A stretch of DNA of 64,000 bases from Candidatus Gastranaerophilales bacterium HUM_9 (GTDB taxonomy: Bacteria; Cyanobacteriota; Vampirovibrionia; Gastranaerophilales; Gastranaerophilaceae): assembly GCA_002103075.1 (NCBI GenBank), contig DABG01000018.1, forward strand, positions 400,836-464,835, read 5' to 3'. Position 1 is the stretch's first letter. Every line of letters begins with the position of its first letter. Under the pieces are notes generated by a model. The model was not told the origin of the DNA, did no database searches, and was given only the letters and a program-made list of their open reading frames with translations. The translations under genes were made by a program, and so were the position numbers. This document shows, piece after piece, positions 1-9,900 of this stretch.

Positions 1-2
1 AA

Positions 3-557
3 ATGGTTCACGAACTTCAAGCAGAATATCTTCCAGAGTCATTAAAAGAAGAAAATGAAATGCAGCCAATTCTAGACCTAGCTCAAGATTTGCCAACAAC
101 AAAAACTGATGTAAATGCGTTTATAGTTGAAATGTCGGATAAAGATGATAGTGTAATTGCTAAGAGATTGATAAGTGAATCGATTGGTACAATTGAGCAC
201 GTTGTTCCTGAGTCAAAAGGTGGAGAAAATGAGGCTGACAACTTTATGTTTGTTACTAAAGCACGTAATGAAGAACGTGGTAATAAGTCTTTAAACAAGT
301 TTAAAAAGATGCACCCAGATATTCCTAAAAATTGCCAGCAGTATCTTGATGATGTTATCAAAAACTGTGAAGACGGTAGAATGCGTGGTTATGAATGGTA
401 TCCTTTTGTGATTAGAGATATTATAAAATCTGAGGTTGGGGTTAATGTTGCGATAAAATCTTATAGAATGTCGCCACAAAAAGCATTTAGAACTTTTCCA
501 AATAGATTAAAGGAAAAATATCCACAGTATAGTAAGTACTTTACAAAACCGCAATAA
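3..557 (+). CDS. HNH (His-Me finger) nuclease-domain protein, probably the C-terminal part of a longer ORF cut by the window edge
   Basis: The frame is open from the window edge. The motif IEHVVPES..DN..TKARNEERGNKS fits a cysteine-free HNH finger (H...N...N). The upstream part is not visible. Confidence 0.55.
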   Translation: MVHELQAEYLPESLKEENEMQPILDLAQDLPTTKTDVNAFIVEMSDKDDSVIAKRLISESIGTIEHVVPESKGGENEADNFMFVTKARNEERGNKSLNKFKKMHPDIPKNCQQYLDDVIKNCEDGRMRGYEWYPFVIRDIIKSEVGVNVAIKSYRMSPQKAFRTFPNRLKEKYPQYSKYFTKPQ

Positions 558-596
558 AACCTTGCAAACACTATCTAATTTACATAAAATTATGGT

Positions 597-2459
597 ATGG
601 GTAGGATTAAACAATTAAGTCAACATACAATAAATCAAATTGCGGCAGGAGAAGTTATTGAACGTCCGTCATCTGTTGTGAAAGAGCTTGTTGAAAACTC
701 AATTGATGCAGGTGCAACACGTGTAAGTATCGAAATTTCAAACGAATGCAGAAATATTCGTGTTGCTGATAACGGTTCTGGTATTCATCCAGACGATATC
801 GTGCTTGCATTTTCAAAGCATGCAACTAGTAAAATTTCGACAGGTGAAGATTTGTATAATATTCATACTCTAGGGTTTAGAGGTGAAGCACTTGCAAGCA
901 TTATTTCTATCTCAAAAGTTACTTGTACTACTCGTACAAAAGATTATGATTATGGTACAAAGGTTGTGTGTGAAAACTCTGAAATAGAACATACTCAAAC
1001 AGGTTGTGCTGTCGGTACGATTATGGAAATCAAAGACCTTTTTTATAATATTCCTGTTAGGTTGAAGTTTTTAAAAAGTGAAAAAACAGAGTTTTCTTAT
1101 ATTTCAGAACTTGTTACAGCTATTGCAATCTCAAACCCAAGTGTTGCAATTGAGCTTAAGAATAACGGTAAAACAACGCTTAAAACTGACGGTGTAGCAG
1201 GATTAGAGGGCGTTATAAAAACCTTGTTTTCTAAGACTATTTTTTCAAACCTTAGACCTGTAGAAAACGATGACGTGATATCTAAAATTAATATTTCAGG
1301 TTATGTAAGTACTCCAGATTTTACAAGAACAAGCAAAAAAGATTATCATATTTTTGTGAATAATAGAACAGTTAAATGTCCTGTTTTTATAAAAGCTATT
1401 GATATGGCATACCGAAACTCTTTGCCTAATGGAAAATATCCTTTTGTTGTTTTGAATTTAACTATGCCACCTGAGGATATTGATATAAATGTTCACCCAA
1501 CAAAAAAAGAAGTTAAGTATAAAAACCCTAACCAAATTTTTAATTTTATAAGAACCTCTGTCGAGGCTGGGTTGATAAATTCTCAACGCATTGTAAAAGC
1601 AGAAAATGTTTATAATGTGAGCCAAAATGTTTTTCGACCAACAGAGCCAAAGGCTCCTGAAATGGACTCAATTGATGAAACTTCTATTAATTTTAATAAA
1701 ATAAATAATGCGTTTGATTATATAAATAATATGAATTCAGGTGATGATGGAGCTGAAAATACGACACAGGATGGAGAATTTTCACAATCAGAACCGCAAG
1801 TTCAAGAGCATGCTCTTAAACAAAACCAGTTTTATTTTGCACAAAAACAGATGAATAATTCTTTGGATTTTGAGCAAGGTCAATTTATTAAAAAAGAGGT
1901 TGCAGAGCGTGATAATATTATCGGTCAGTATAAAAACACGTATATCTTGATTGAAAAAGAAGACGGGTTAGAGATAGTTGACCAGCATATTGCAGATGAG
2001 AGATATATTTATGAAACTTTGCAGGCACAACATGAACCTATGTCGCAGATGTTGTTTATATCTGATGTTTTAGAGGTTACACCAGAAGAAGTTGAGATAA
2101 TAAAAAATAATATCGAAAAATTTGAAAAGTTCGGATATGGAATAGAATTTTTGAGTGAAAAAGAGCTTATTTTTAGAAAGATACCTCAATTATTGTCAAA
2201 GTATAGTCCCAAAGATATTTTGGCAGATATTTTAGAAAATATAGAGGGTGATATTAATAATTTAGAAGAAAAGATTTTGATAACGACATCGTGTAAAGCT
2301 GCAGTTAAGGCAAATACACCGTTGAATATGTTCCAAATGGAAGAAATAATAAAAAATTGGAGAGGTTGTAAATTGCCTTATACATGTCCACACGGTAGAC
2401 CTATTGCAAAACTTTTGAAACATAGTGATATAGCTAGTTTCTTCATGCGTCCAGAGTAG
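597..2459 (+). CDS. mutL: DNA mismatch repair protein MutL (endonuclease-type)
   Basis: N-terminal GHKL ATPase motifs are present (QIAAGEV, ELVENSIDAG, DNGSGI, GFRGEAL). The C-terminus carries DQHIADERYIYE and CPHGRP motifs. Confidence 0.95.
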   Translation: MGRIKQLSQHTINQIAAGEVIERPSSVVKELVENSIDAGATRVSIEISNECRNIRVADNGSGIHPDDIVLAFSKHATSKISTGEDLYNIHTLGFRGEALASIISISKVTCTTRTKDYDYGTKVVCENSEIEHTQTGCAVGTIMEIKDLFYNIPVRLKFLKSEKTEFSYISELVTAIAISNPSVAIELKNNGKTTLKTDGVAGLEGVIKTLFSKTIFSNLRPVENDDVISKINISGYVSTPDFTRTSKKDYHIFVNNRTVKCPVFIKAIDMAYRNSLPNGKYPFVVLNLTMPPEDIDINVHPTKKEVKYKNPNQIFNFIRTSVEAGLINSQRIVKAENVYNVSQNVFRPTEPKAPEMDSIDETSINFNKINNAFDYINNMNSGDDGAENTTQDGEFSQSEPQVQEHALKQNQFYFAQKQMNNSLDFEQGQFIKKEVAERDNIIGQYKNTYILIEKEDGLEIVDQHIADERYIYETLQAQHEPMSQMLFISDVLEVTPEEVEIIKNNIEKFEKFGYGIEFLSEKELIFRKIPQLLSKYSPKDILADILENIEGDINNLEEKILITTSCKAAVKANTPLNMFQMEEIIKNWRGCKLPYTCPHGRPIAKLLKHSDIASFFMRPE

Positions 2460-2492
2460 GATTTTGTATGTATGTGGGGAGTCTTTTAATTT

Positions 2493-2664
2493 GTAATGCG
2501 TAATGCACAATGCACAATGACGGTTTGTGTTTGCAGGGGTCCTGAATCAAGTTCAGGACGACGTTCGGGTGGTTACAGAACGGTTGGTTTATGGATTGCC
2601 ACAAATTTGCGTTGCAAATTTTCGCAATGACTGATTAAAATTATCATGGACAGTAATGAAGACA
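2493..2664. repeat. Mosaic extragenic palindromic repeat cluster A
   Basis: Contains the hairpin module ggtCCTGAAtcaagTTCAGGAcgac, the module cagaacggttggtttatggattgccaca...cgcaatgac, and aaaattatcatggacagtaatg. All three recur in other intergenic regions of this window. Confidence 0.85.
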
Positions 2665-2765
2665 GATTCAGTATCCCTCTAAAGTCTTTGCCTAATAACT
2701 TATCTTATAAATAACTAGCTAATTAGGTAATAGTTCAAATAATTGGACTTATCTATTCTGAAAAT

Positions 2766-3392
2766 ATGAAGAATGTTTTATGTTTTGGTGACAGTAATAC
2801 TTACGGTTTTAATCCTGAAAACGGTGGTAGATATGATGATAACATTCGCTGGACAGGGGTGTTACAACACTTGCTTAAAGATGAATACAATATTATAGAA
2901 GAAGGTTGTAACGCAAGAACCGTTATATTTAAAGACTTTGGAGATTACAAAACCTGTAGTATTGATTATTTGCCAGACTGTTTGAAAAAATATAAAAATA
3001 CAGATTTAGTAATATTTATGCTCGGTCTGAACGATTTTCAAACGATTTTTCATGCCTCTGTTGATGCTGTTTTGACGGGGATAAAAACTTTGGTTAATAT
3101 TATTAGAAATTCTGATGTGAATTTTAAAACTGAAATTTTACTTCTTCCTCCTGCAATTATTGGTAAAAATATTCAACAAAGTAACTTCGGTTGTATGTTT
3201 AACAAATACTCAATCAAGAAAACTATTGAATTTACTCAAAAATTAAAAGACCTTGCTCACTCAGAACACTGTGAATATTTTAATATAAACAGAATAATTA
3301 AAACTTGTTCAGAAGATAGTATTCATTTTAAGCCAGAGGCCCATAGAAAAATTGCTGAAACTTTATCTGTATTAATTCCACAAATTTTATAA
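2766..3392 (+). CDS. SGNH/GDSL-family hydrolase (arylesterase/lipase-like)
   Basis: Block I is LCFGDSNTYG, the GLND block is FMLGLNDF, and the C-terminal DSIHF supplies the DxxH block. Confidence 0.85.
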   Translation: MKNVLCFGDSNTYGFNPENGGRYDDNIRWTGVLQHLLKDEYNIIEEGCNARTVIFKDFGDYKTCSIDYLPDCLKKYKNTDLVIFMLGLNDFQTIFHASVDAVLTGIKTLVNIIRNSDVNFKTEILLLPPAIIGKNIQQSNFGCMFNKYSIKKTIEFTQKLKDLAHSEHCEYFNINRIIKTCSEDSIHFKPEAHRKIAETLSVLIPQIL

Positions 3393-3484
3393 AAACTTCT
3401 TTACAAAATGTCACAAACATGGCAATTTTCTTGCGTATATCGACTTAGTATATATATAATATATAAAATAACTAGGAGATTGCT

Positions 3485-4411
3485 ATGGCGATAACGCTTA
3501 ATACAGATGATTATCATTTAAAGACACAGTTGAATTTGTCGACATCTAGGTGGCAAGGCTATGCTGACAAATCTATTGATGAAGTTATTGAAGCGGAAGC
3601 AGAAAGCGGCAATACGCTTGCAAAAGATTATGGAAGAAAATTATTTGGAAGTGCTGATGAACTTATCAATACTTTCCAATTAAATGACCCAAGCAATAAG
3701 TACAATATTATTAACAAATTGTCAGCAGAGCAAAGAGAAAAAGTTCTTCAAATGCTTGATACTGATGATATGGTAGTAGGATTGAATTTCTTTACTCAAG
3801 ATAAACTACAAGAAATGCTTCAATACGCATCACCTGCTGAAAATATTAACGTTGCATTGGAAGCGTTCCCATTGCAAAAAATCATACAAATGATGCCTGA
3901 AGATGAACTTGAAGGATTTTTCATGAGTGATGATTTAAAAAAAGAAGTAATAACAGCTCAATTGAGAAACCTTGATCCTGAGTCATTAATCCAAATGACA
4001 GAGGGAATTACAGGGCAATCAGTTGACACAAACGACATCTCCAAAGTACTCAACCAACTAACTTCATTGCCTGATAAACAGTTCAAGGAAACAATGGCAA
4101 CACTTGACCCAGAGGTTCAACAAGCAATAATCTTACAGATGGCAAATGAAGATATGAGTGTAATGTCGAACTTTTCAACGGGTGCATATATTGATATGGT
4201 TAGCCAACAACAAAAACCAGACATGGTTAAATCAATGGTCGCTCTAAACCCTGAGTCATTGCAAATAATGACACGTGAACTACCAGATGATTTATTCTCA
4301 ATTGTTGCATCACAAATTGACACTAAACAGCTTGCTCAATTCCTTATCAATAAGTGTCCGCAAGTGTTAGAACAGTTTGTTTCGATGGGTAACGCTGGTT
4401 CTATTCATTAG
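3485..4411 (+). CDS. Hypothetical acidic helical-repeat protein (weak FliG/MgtE_N-like L-x-PE repeats)
   Basis: A 308-aa ORF with SD aggag upstream. It has repeated LDPE/LNPES...Q(I)M segments and no signal peptide. Its N-terminus MAITLNT is shared with the 19316..19801 gene. Confidence 0.6.
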   Translation: MAITLNTDDYHLKTQLNLSTSRWQGYADKSIDEVIEAEAESGNTLAKDYGRKLFGSADELINTFQLNDPSNKYNIINKLSAEQREKVLQMLDTDDMVVGLNFFTQDKLQEMLQYASPAENINVALEAFPLQKIIQMMPEDELEGFFMSDDLKKEVITAQLRNLDPESLIQMTEGITGQSVDTNDISKVLNQLTSLPDKQFKETMATLDPEVQQAIILQMANEDMSVMSNFSTGAYIDMVSQQQKPDMVKSMVALNPESLQIMTRELPDDLFSIVASQIDTKQLAQFLINKCPQVLEQFVSMGNAGSIH

Positions 4412-4901
4412 GCGTTGTTAAAAATTCTTTTAACATCTCTAAAGCACATTGTGTGAATTGATATTTCATCTTTTCACGTTTTAGCTTTGGATTCAGTCTG
4501 AATTCTTGAACAACTGCTTTGTAGTTTGATTTTATGGCAACATACATAAGACCTACTGGTTTGGTTGGTGTACCACCAGTTGGGCCTGCAATTCCTGTTG
4601 TGCAAACCACTATATCAGCATGTGTTTTTGCGTGTAATCCCAATGCCATTTCTGCGGCACATTCACGGCTAACAGCTCCGCAGTTTTCAAGTGTTTGGGT
4701 TGTAACACCTAATAGTGCGTGCTTAACTTCGTTTGAATATGTCACAAAGTTCAATTTTGTATATCTTGAACTGCCAGAAACATCTGTAAGACGAGAGCTT
4801 AAAAGTCCGCCTGTGCAAGATTCCGCAGTGGAAATTACTAGCGAATTATCGAATAATATTTGTGCTATTTCTTCTTCTATTTTTTTCTTTCTTCTAAACA
4901 T
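4401..4901 (-). CDS. pncC: CinA C-terminal domain / nicotinamide-nucleotide amidase PncC-like
   Basis: Hallmark motif AESCTGGLLSSRLTDVSGSS is present and the length is about 165 aa. Confidence 0.88.
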   Translation of the reverse strand: MFRRKKKIEEEIAQILFDNSLVISTAESCTGGLLSSRLTDVSGSSRYTKLNFVTYSNEVKHALLGVTTQTLENCGAVSRECAAEMALGLHAKTHADIVVCTTGIAGPTGGTPTKPVGLMYVAIKSNYKAVVQEFRLNPKLKREKMKYQFTQCALEMLKEFLTTPNE

Positions 4902-4984
4902 AACATCTATAATTTATTGCACATAAAAAGGTTTGTCAATAAACAATTTAGATGAGTTTATTGGGTAAAATTTTAGACAAATAG

Positions 4985-5017
4985 AAAAGGGGCGGAGCCT
5001 CTGGCTCCGCCCCTTTT
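4985..5017 (-). terminator. Rho-independent terminator downstream of the EF-hand gene
   Basis: An 11-bp GC stem ggggcggagcc/ggctccgcccc has a 3-nt loop and is flanked by A4 and T4 runs. Confidence 0.8.
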
Positions 5018-5028
5018 CAGTGTTTTAA

Positions 5029-5595
5029 TTATGAGTTACTATCATCATCATCTTGCAACCATTTATAAGATAAAAGACTTGATGATGAACTGTTGTTTGC
5101 ATTTTCATCACCATAGAATAATGATGTATGATTAATCATTCTATTTTGGTCTTTTGTTTTTTGGTTTTCTAGTTTTGATTGAAGTGTATAGCCTTGAACT
5201 TCTGCGTTACTTACGTAACCATCGTGGTTTGTGTCGATATCGTTGAAGTGGTCAAGGATAGTTGCTTGAGTTTCTGCTGAAATTCCACTCATGCTACCAA
5301 GTGATTGGATTTGAGCTCTTGTCATGCCTTGTGTAGAAAGTTGGTTCATAAGTGTTTGAACCTCGTCAGCAGATAGTGTGCCGTTTTTGTTTTTATCAAG
5401 TGAACTAAAGTTTTGACTTAAGTATGAAGCGAAAGTCGTTCCGTATTGGCTCGTTAATACAGAATTGTTTGACAATGCTTTTGTTAGATTTTTTTGTGTT
5501 AAGCCGTCTGAGTACAAATTTGAAAGTATAGCGTATGAATTTGCAACACCAGCGTTAACGCCTGTAAATAGTGATGAGCCACTAAGTTTTGACAT
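5029..5595 (-). CDS. EF-hand calcium-binding protein, lineage-specific
   Basis: Two canonical 12-residue EF loops are present, DKNKNGTLSADE and DTNHDGYVSNAE. There is no signal peptide. The N-terminus is MSKLSGSSLFTGVNAG. Confidence 0.7.
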   Translation of the reverse strand: MSKLSGSSLFTGVNAGVANSYAILSNLYSDGLTQKNLTKALSNNSVLTSQYGTTFASYLSQNFSSLDKNKNGTLSADEVQTLMNQLSTQGMTRAQIQSLGSMSGISAETQATILDHFNDIDTNHDGYVSNAEVQGYTLQSKLENQKTKDQNRMINHTSLFYGDENANNSSSSSLLSYKWLQDDDDSNS

Positions 5596-5749
5596 TTGGG
5601 GTAATCTCCTATAAATTCTCTCTAGTTGTTATACATTATTATTCTAATGATTTTTTAAAAGATTTCAACCATTCATTTGGATTATTTTTAGTGAAAAATA
5701 GATTTTTGACATAAGTAGACACTCTGTTATAGAATAATTGTGGAGGGAT

Positions 5750-6517
5750 ATGTTGGATAAACATTATACAACTGACGTGATAACGCTCAAGTCGTATGAC
5801 TTGAACGATGCAGATAAAATTTTAGTCATGTATTCAAAAGAAAAAGGTCTTATGCGTAGTGTTGCAAAAGGGATTAAACGACCTAAAAGTAAGCTGGGTT
5901 CAAGGCTTGATTTGTTGATGGCTAATAACTTACAACTTAGTCGTGGTAGGAATATGGACACTATTTGTCAGGCACAGACTATCAATAACTTTAAGGATAT
6001 AAGAGAGGATATTTCTAAACTTATGATTTCTTCTTATATATCTGAGATTGTGGCGAATTATGGAATGGAAAATGACCCAAGTTCTAATGAGGTTTATGAA
6101 CTTTTGTACAGAGCTATCGAAAACATTTCTAGGGCAGAAACTAAAGTTCAAATATTATTGGGTGCTTTAAAGTTTCAATTAAAGATGATGTATCTGACTG
6201 GGGTTATGCCTGAATTGAATTATTGTGTCGGGTGTAGAAAAGAATTAACTACACAGGATATGTATTTTTCTGTAGAAAAGGGTGGAGTATTTTGTTCTTG
6301 TTGTAATACGGTTTCTAACCATTCTGTTGAAATTCCTTATAAAGTGAGAGATTTTTTGTATACTTTACTTAATACGAATTTTGAAGATGAAAGTGAGTAT
6401 GAAAAGAAAGCTACTGAAAAGGTTTGTTTAGTGTGTTTTAATTTATTGAAGGATTATTTGACAAAACATTCATCAAAGAAATTTAAGTCTGATAAGATTT
6501 TAGCAAGTATTTTGTAA
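5750..6517 (+). CDS. recO: DNA repair protein RecO
   Basis: The N-terminal OB region (VITLKSYDLNDADKILVMYSKEKGLMRSVAKGIKRPKSKL) and the zinc motif CVGC...CSCC are present. The track ORF starts at a TTG at 5738; I prefer the ATG at 5750, just after GGAGG. Confidence 0.85.
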   Translation: MLDKHYTTDVITLKSYDLNDADKILVMYSKEKGLMRSVAKGIKRPKSKLGSRLDLLMANNLQLSRGRNMDTICQAQTINNFKDIREDISKLMISSYISEIVANYGMENDPSSNEVYELLYRAIENISRAETKVQILLGALKFQLKMMYLTGVMPELNYCVGCRKELTTQDMYFSVEKGGVFCSCCNTVSNHSVEIPYKVRDFLYTLLNTNFEDESEYEKKATEKVCLVCFNLLKDYLTKHSSKKFKSDKILASIL

Positions 6518-6608
6518 TTTTTACAAATATTTATGGTTTAAAAACAAAATGCCCTATTTATATAGGACATTTTTTTAATGTTTATAAACAAATCTTAAAT
6601 AAAATTTG

Positions 6609-6851
6609 TTATTTTAATTTTACTGTTACTGAACGAATTTTCTTAGTATATTCAATTTTGTCTTCTCTTGACAACCAACCAAGACCCATTTCAGCAAAGT
6701 TTTCATATAAGTTCAAATCTTTTTTTAGCTTAGAGATAGATACTTCACCTTTGTCTGACAAATAGTTGTAAATCATACCTGCTGCGTTAATGATTTCTTG
6801 TTGAATGTTAGCATCAGCTGCTAATGTTGCTTTTTTCTTTAATAGTGCCAT
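6609..6851 (-). CDS. Small winged-helix protein (DUF2582-like)
   Basis: An 80-aa ORF with the pattern IYNYLSDKGEVSISKLKKDL...MGLGWLSREDKI, typical of this small wHTH family. This rests on recollection, not a search. Confidence 0.5.
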   Translation of the reverse strand: MALLKKKATLAADANIQQEIINAAGMIYNYLSDKGEVSISKLKKDLNLYENFAEMGLGWLSREDKIEYTKKIRSVTVKLK

Positions 6852-6928
6852 ATTAACTAACTCCTTTTCTTGATTACATATATATATTATTTTAAAAATT
6901 TAATTTATGCAATATAATATTAATTAAT

Positions 6929-9900
6929 ATGATAATAAATAAAATTTCTGATAAAAATAACGTAAAAATTATAACAAAGCAATATCTGGAATGGCTTGAT
7001 ATGGGTGCTATTTCGTCTGAGATATTAGTGTTAAGTTTTAATTCAAATTCTAAAAAAAATATTGAAAAAAATATACTAAAATTAACAAAAAAAAATCTAT
7101 TATCAGAATTTAAAATTCATACTTTTAACGGTTTAATTTATAACACAATTTTGGATAATTGGAGCAAGTTAGAAGATTTGCTAGATAAAGAAGATTGTAT
7201 AATTTCACCTAATCTTGTAGGACTTGAAGTTTCACAGCTTCTGTTTAAGCAGATTATTCAGGAACAAGTGGTTAAGGGTTATAATTCTAAAAAATCCTTG
7301 TTGCAACAGATTTTTAGACGTTATTCTTTAATTGTAAATAATCACCTTTCCCCAACAGAAATTAAACATAAATCAGAAATTTTGCACGAAGCATTTGGAG
7401 AAGATGCAAATAATATTATCAATCTTTATAAGTCGAAAACTATTGATTTGAGAAGTTTTGATTATATTAGACAGGCTCAAATTTTTGGATATATTTATAA
7501 AAATACTGAGTATTTTAAAAATATTAAATATTTAATAATTGAAGATGGCGATGAAGTGACGCCATTGTTAATAGATTTTGTAAAATTGATTGCTAAGCAA
7601 TTGAAAGATAGCTTAATTTTGTTAGATGTAAATGGCGGAAGTCGTTGTGGATATTTGTGTGCAGACCTTGAGGCACCACAAAAGTTTGAGAAAATTTTTA
7701 AAGAAAAAATTCAAAATTATGATGATAAATTTGTTGATAAAACTATTTGGGAAAATGTTTTTTCTGAAACAAAAACTCCGATAAAAAATATTAAGAATTT
7801 TTCTGCTTCAAAACGTCTAGATATGATTGATGAAGTTATCCAGAAAATTATTAAATTGTTGAATAAAAATGTAAAACCGTCTGACATTGCAATTATTACA
7901 CCTATTCAAGATAGTATGCTAAAGTGTCTTTTGCAAGAGGGATTGAATAATTATGATTTAAAATTTTTATCGGGTAATGAAAAACTCGTTCAGAACCCTT
8001 TGGTTAAATCGATTTTGGTTATGCTTAAACTTGTTCAAGGTAAACCTGTTGACGAATATGAATTAAGACTTGTACTTTCAAATTCTTTAAAAATTCCAAT
8101 AAGATATTGTGAAAATATTTTGAAAACATTTGGAAAAACAGGCGAACTTAGGGAATATGAGATAGGAAGTTATACTGAAAAATATGAACAGCTCTGTAAA
8201 GTTGTTGAATTCTTACGTGGTTCAAAATATAAACTATCTAAAAAAGCAAGCTATATTTATGAAAATTTGATTGAATCAGTTGATGAACAAGAATTGAAAA
8301 AGTTTTCGTTTTTTGTAAAAGAATTGCAGGATTTTGAAAAAACTTTTGCAAATAATTATGATGAAAAAGTTGAAGATGAAATTATTGTACAATTAGAAAA
8401 TACTGTTATTGCAGAAAATCCTTATTCTGTATTAGAAATCAAAGATAGTGAAATAATAGTTTCTACTCCACAAAAAATTATTGATAATAAAATTACAACT
8501 AAATATCAGTTTTGGCTAGATATATCTTCTGGTGAGTGGCAAAAAATGGATATTGGTCCATTATATAATTCGTGGGTGTTCCAAAAGAATTGGACAAAAG
8601 ATGAGTATACGGTTGAGGATAATATTAAGTTCACTAACGAAAAAACTGCAAGGTTTTTGTGGAAACTTTATCATAACGCTAAAAAAATTGTTGTTTGTTC
8701 AAGTTTGTTTGATACACAAGGAGTTGAAAACCTTGGTGGAATTGAAAAATTTGTTGTTGTGGAAACAGAAGTTCCAAAAGAAAAGCCTAAACAATTTAAA
8801 ATTATACCACGTGACGACCAAAAACCAGTACTTGAGTATAAATCAGGCAAAATGGCGATTTCAGCAGTTCCTGGGGCGGGAAAAACTACTATTTTGTTAG
8901 CGTTGATTGTGAAACTTTTGAAGCGTGGTATAAAACCAGAGAATATTTATGTAATGACTTATATGGAATCTGCTGCCAGAAATTTTAAAGAACGTATCAA
9001 AGCACTTTATCCGTCTTCTTCTAAGTTGCCCAATATTAGTACTATTCATGGACTTGCGTTGAGGATTATTAAAGAAAATTCGAATTATGAACGTATTGGA
9101 TTAAACCCTGATTTTGAGATTTGTGACGATATCCAGCGAGGGAGAATAATAAAATTTTTATCCAAAAACCTTAAAAAAGAAGATGTGGACGACTTTGATA
9201 GAGCAGTGTCTGTGCTAAAACTATGTGGTGCTAATTTGAACTATAAACAAAATCCGGAGATGGCACGTATTATGGGATTAAAGCGTGGCACGGTTGAAGA
9301 AGCTAAAATGGCTAGATTTTTGAAGTTTTTCTATGCTTACCAAAGAACACTGATTTCTCAAGGGTTGATTGATTATGATGATATTTTGATTTCTGCGGTT
9401 AGGTTGCTCGAACAAAATCCTGATGTACTTGAATATTATCAGAATATCTGTGAATACATGATTGAAGATGAGGCTCAAGATTCTTCGTTTATTCAACAAA
9501 AGTTGATAAATATGCTTTGTGCAAAACATAACAATTTAATAAGATGCGGGGATATCAATCAAGCGATTACAACGACTTTTACCAATGCAGATATATCTGG
9601 ATTTAAACAGTTTATTGATGAGTCACAAAAGGTTAGTATGAATTGCTCTCAACGTTGTAGTGAGGGTGTTTGGAAACTTGCAAATTCGCTTGTTGATGTA
9701 GGGGAAAGACTGCTTCCAAATGCATTTTATAAAATATATATGAATCCTGTTGAGGGTAGAAATCCGGAAGAGAAAAAGCCTATTGTATCAGAGTTTTATA
9801 ATAATGGTATTGATGAAAAAATTAAGGTCGTTAATACGATTAAGACGTTGTTTAGACAAAATCCTAAAAGTACTGTTGGGGTTTTGTTGAGAAATAATTA

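Noticed and set aside
3-557. Interpreting the HNH protein as the C-terminus of a Cas9
   Set aside because: The sequence after the HNH motif does not resemble RuvC-III or PI domains and is only about 110 aa long. There is no CRISPR array or other cas gene nearby.
4534-4926. ORF 4534..4926(+), 130 aa
   Set aside because: It is antisense to the well-supported CinA/PncC-like gene. Its proline/valine-rich translation is typical of a shadow frame.
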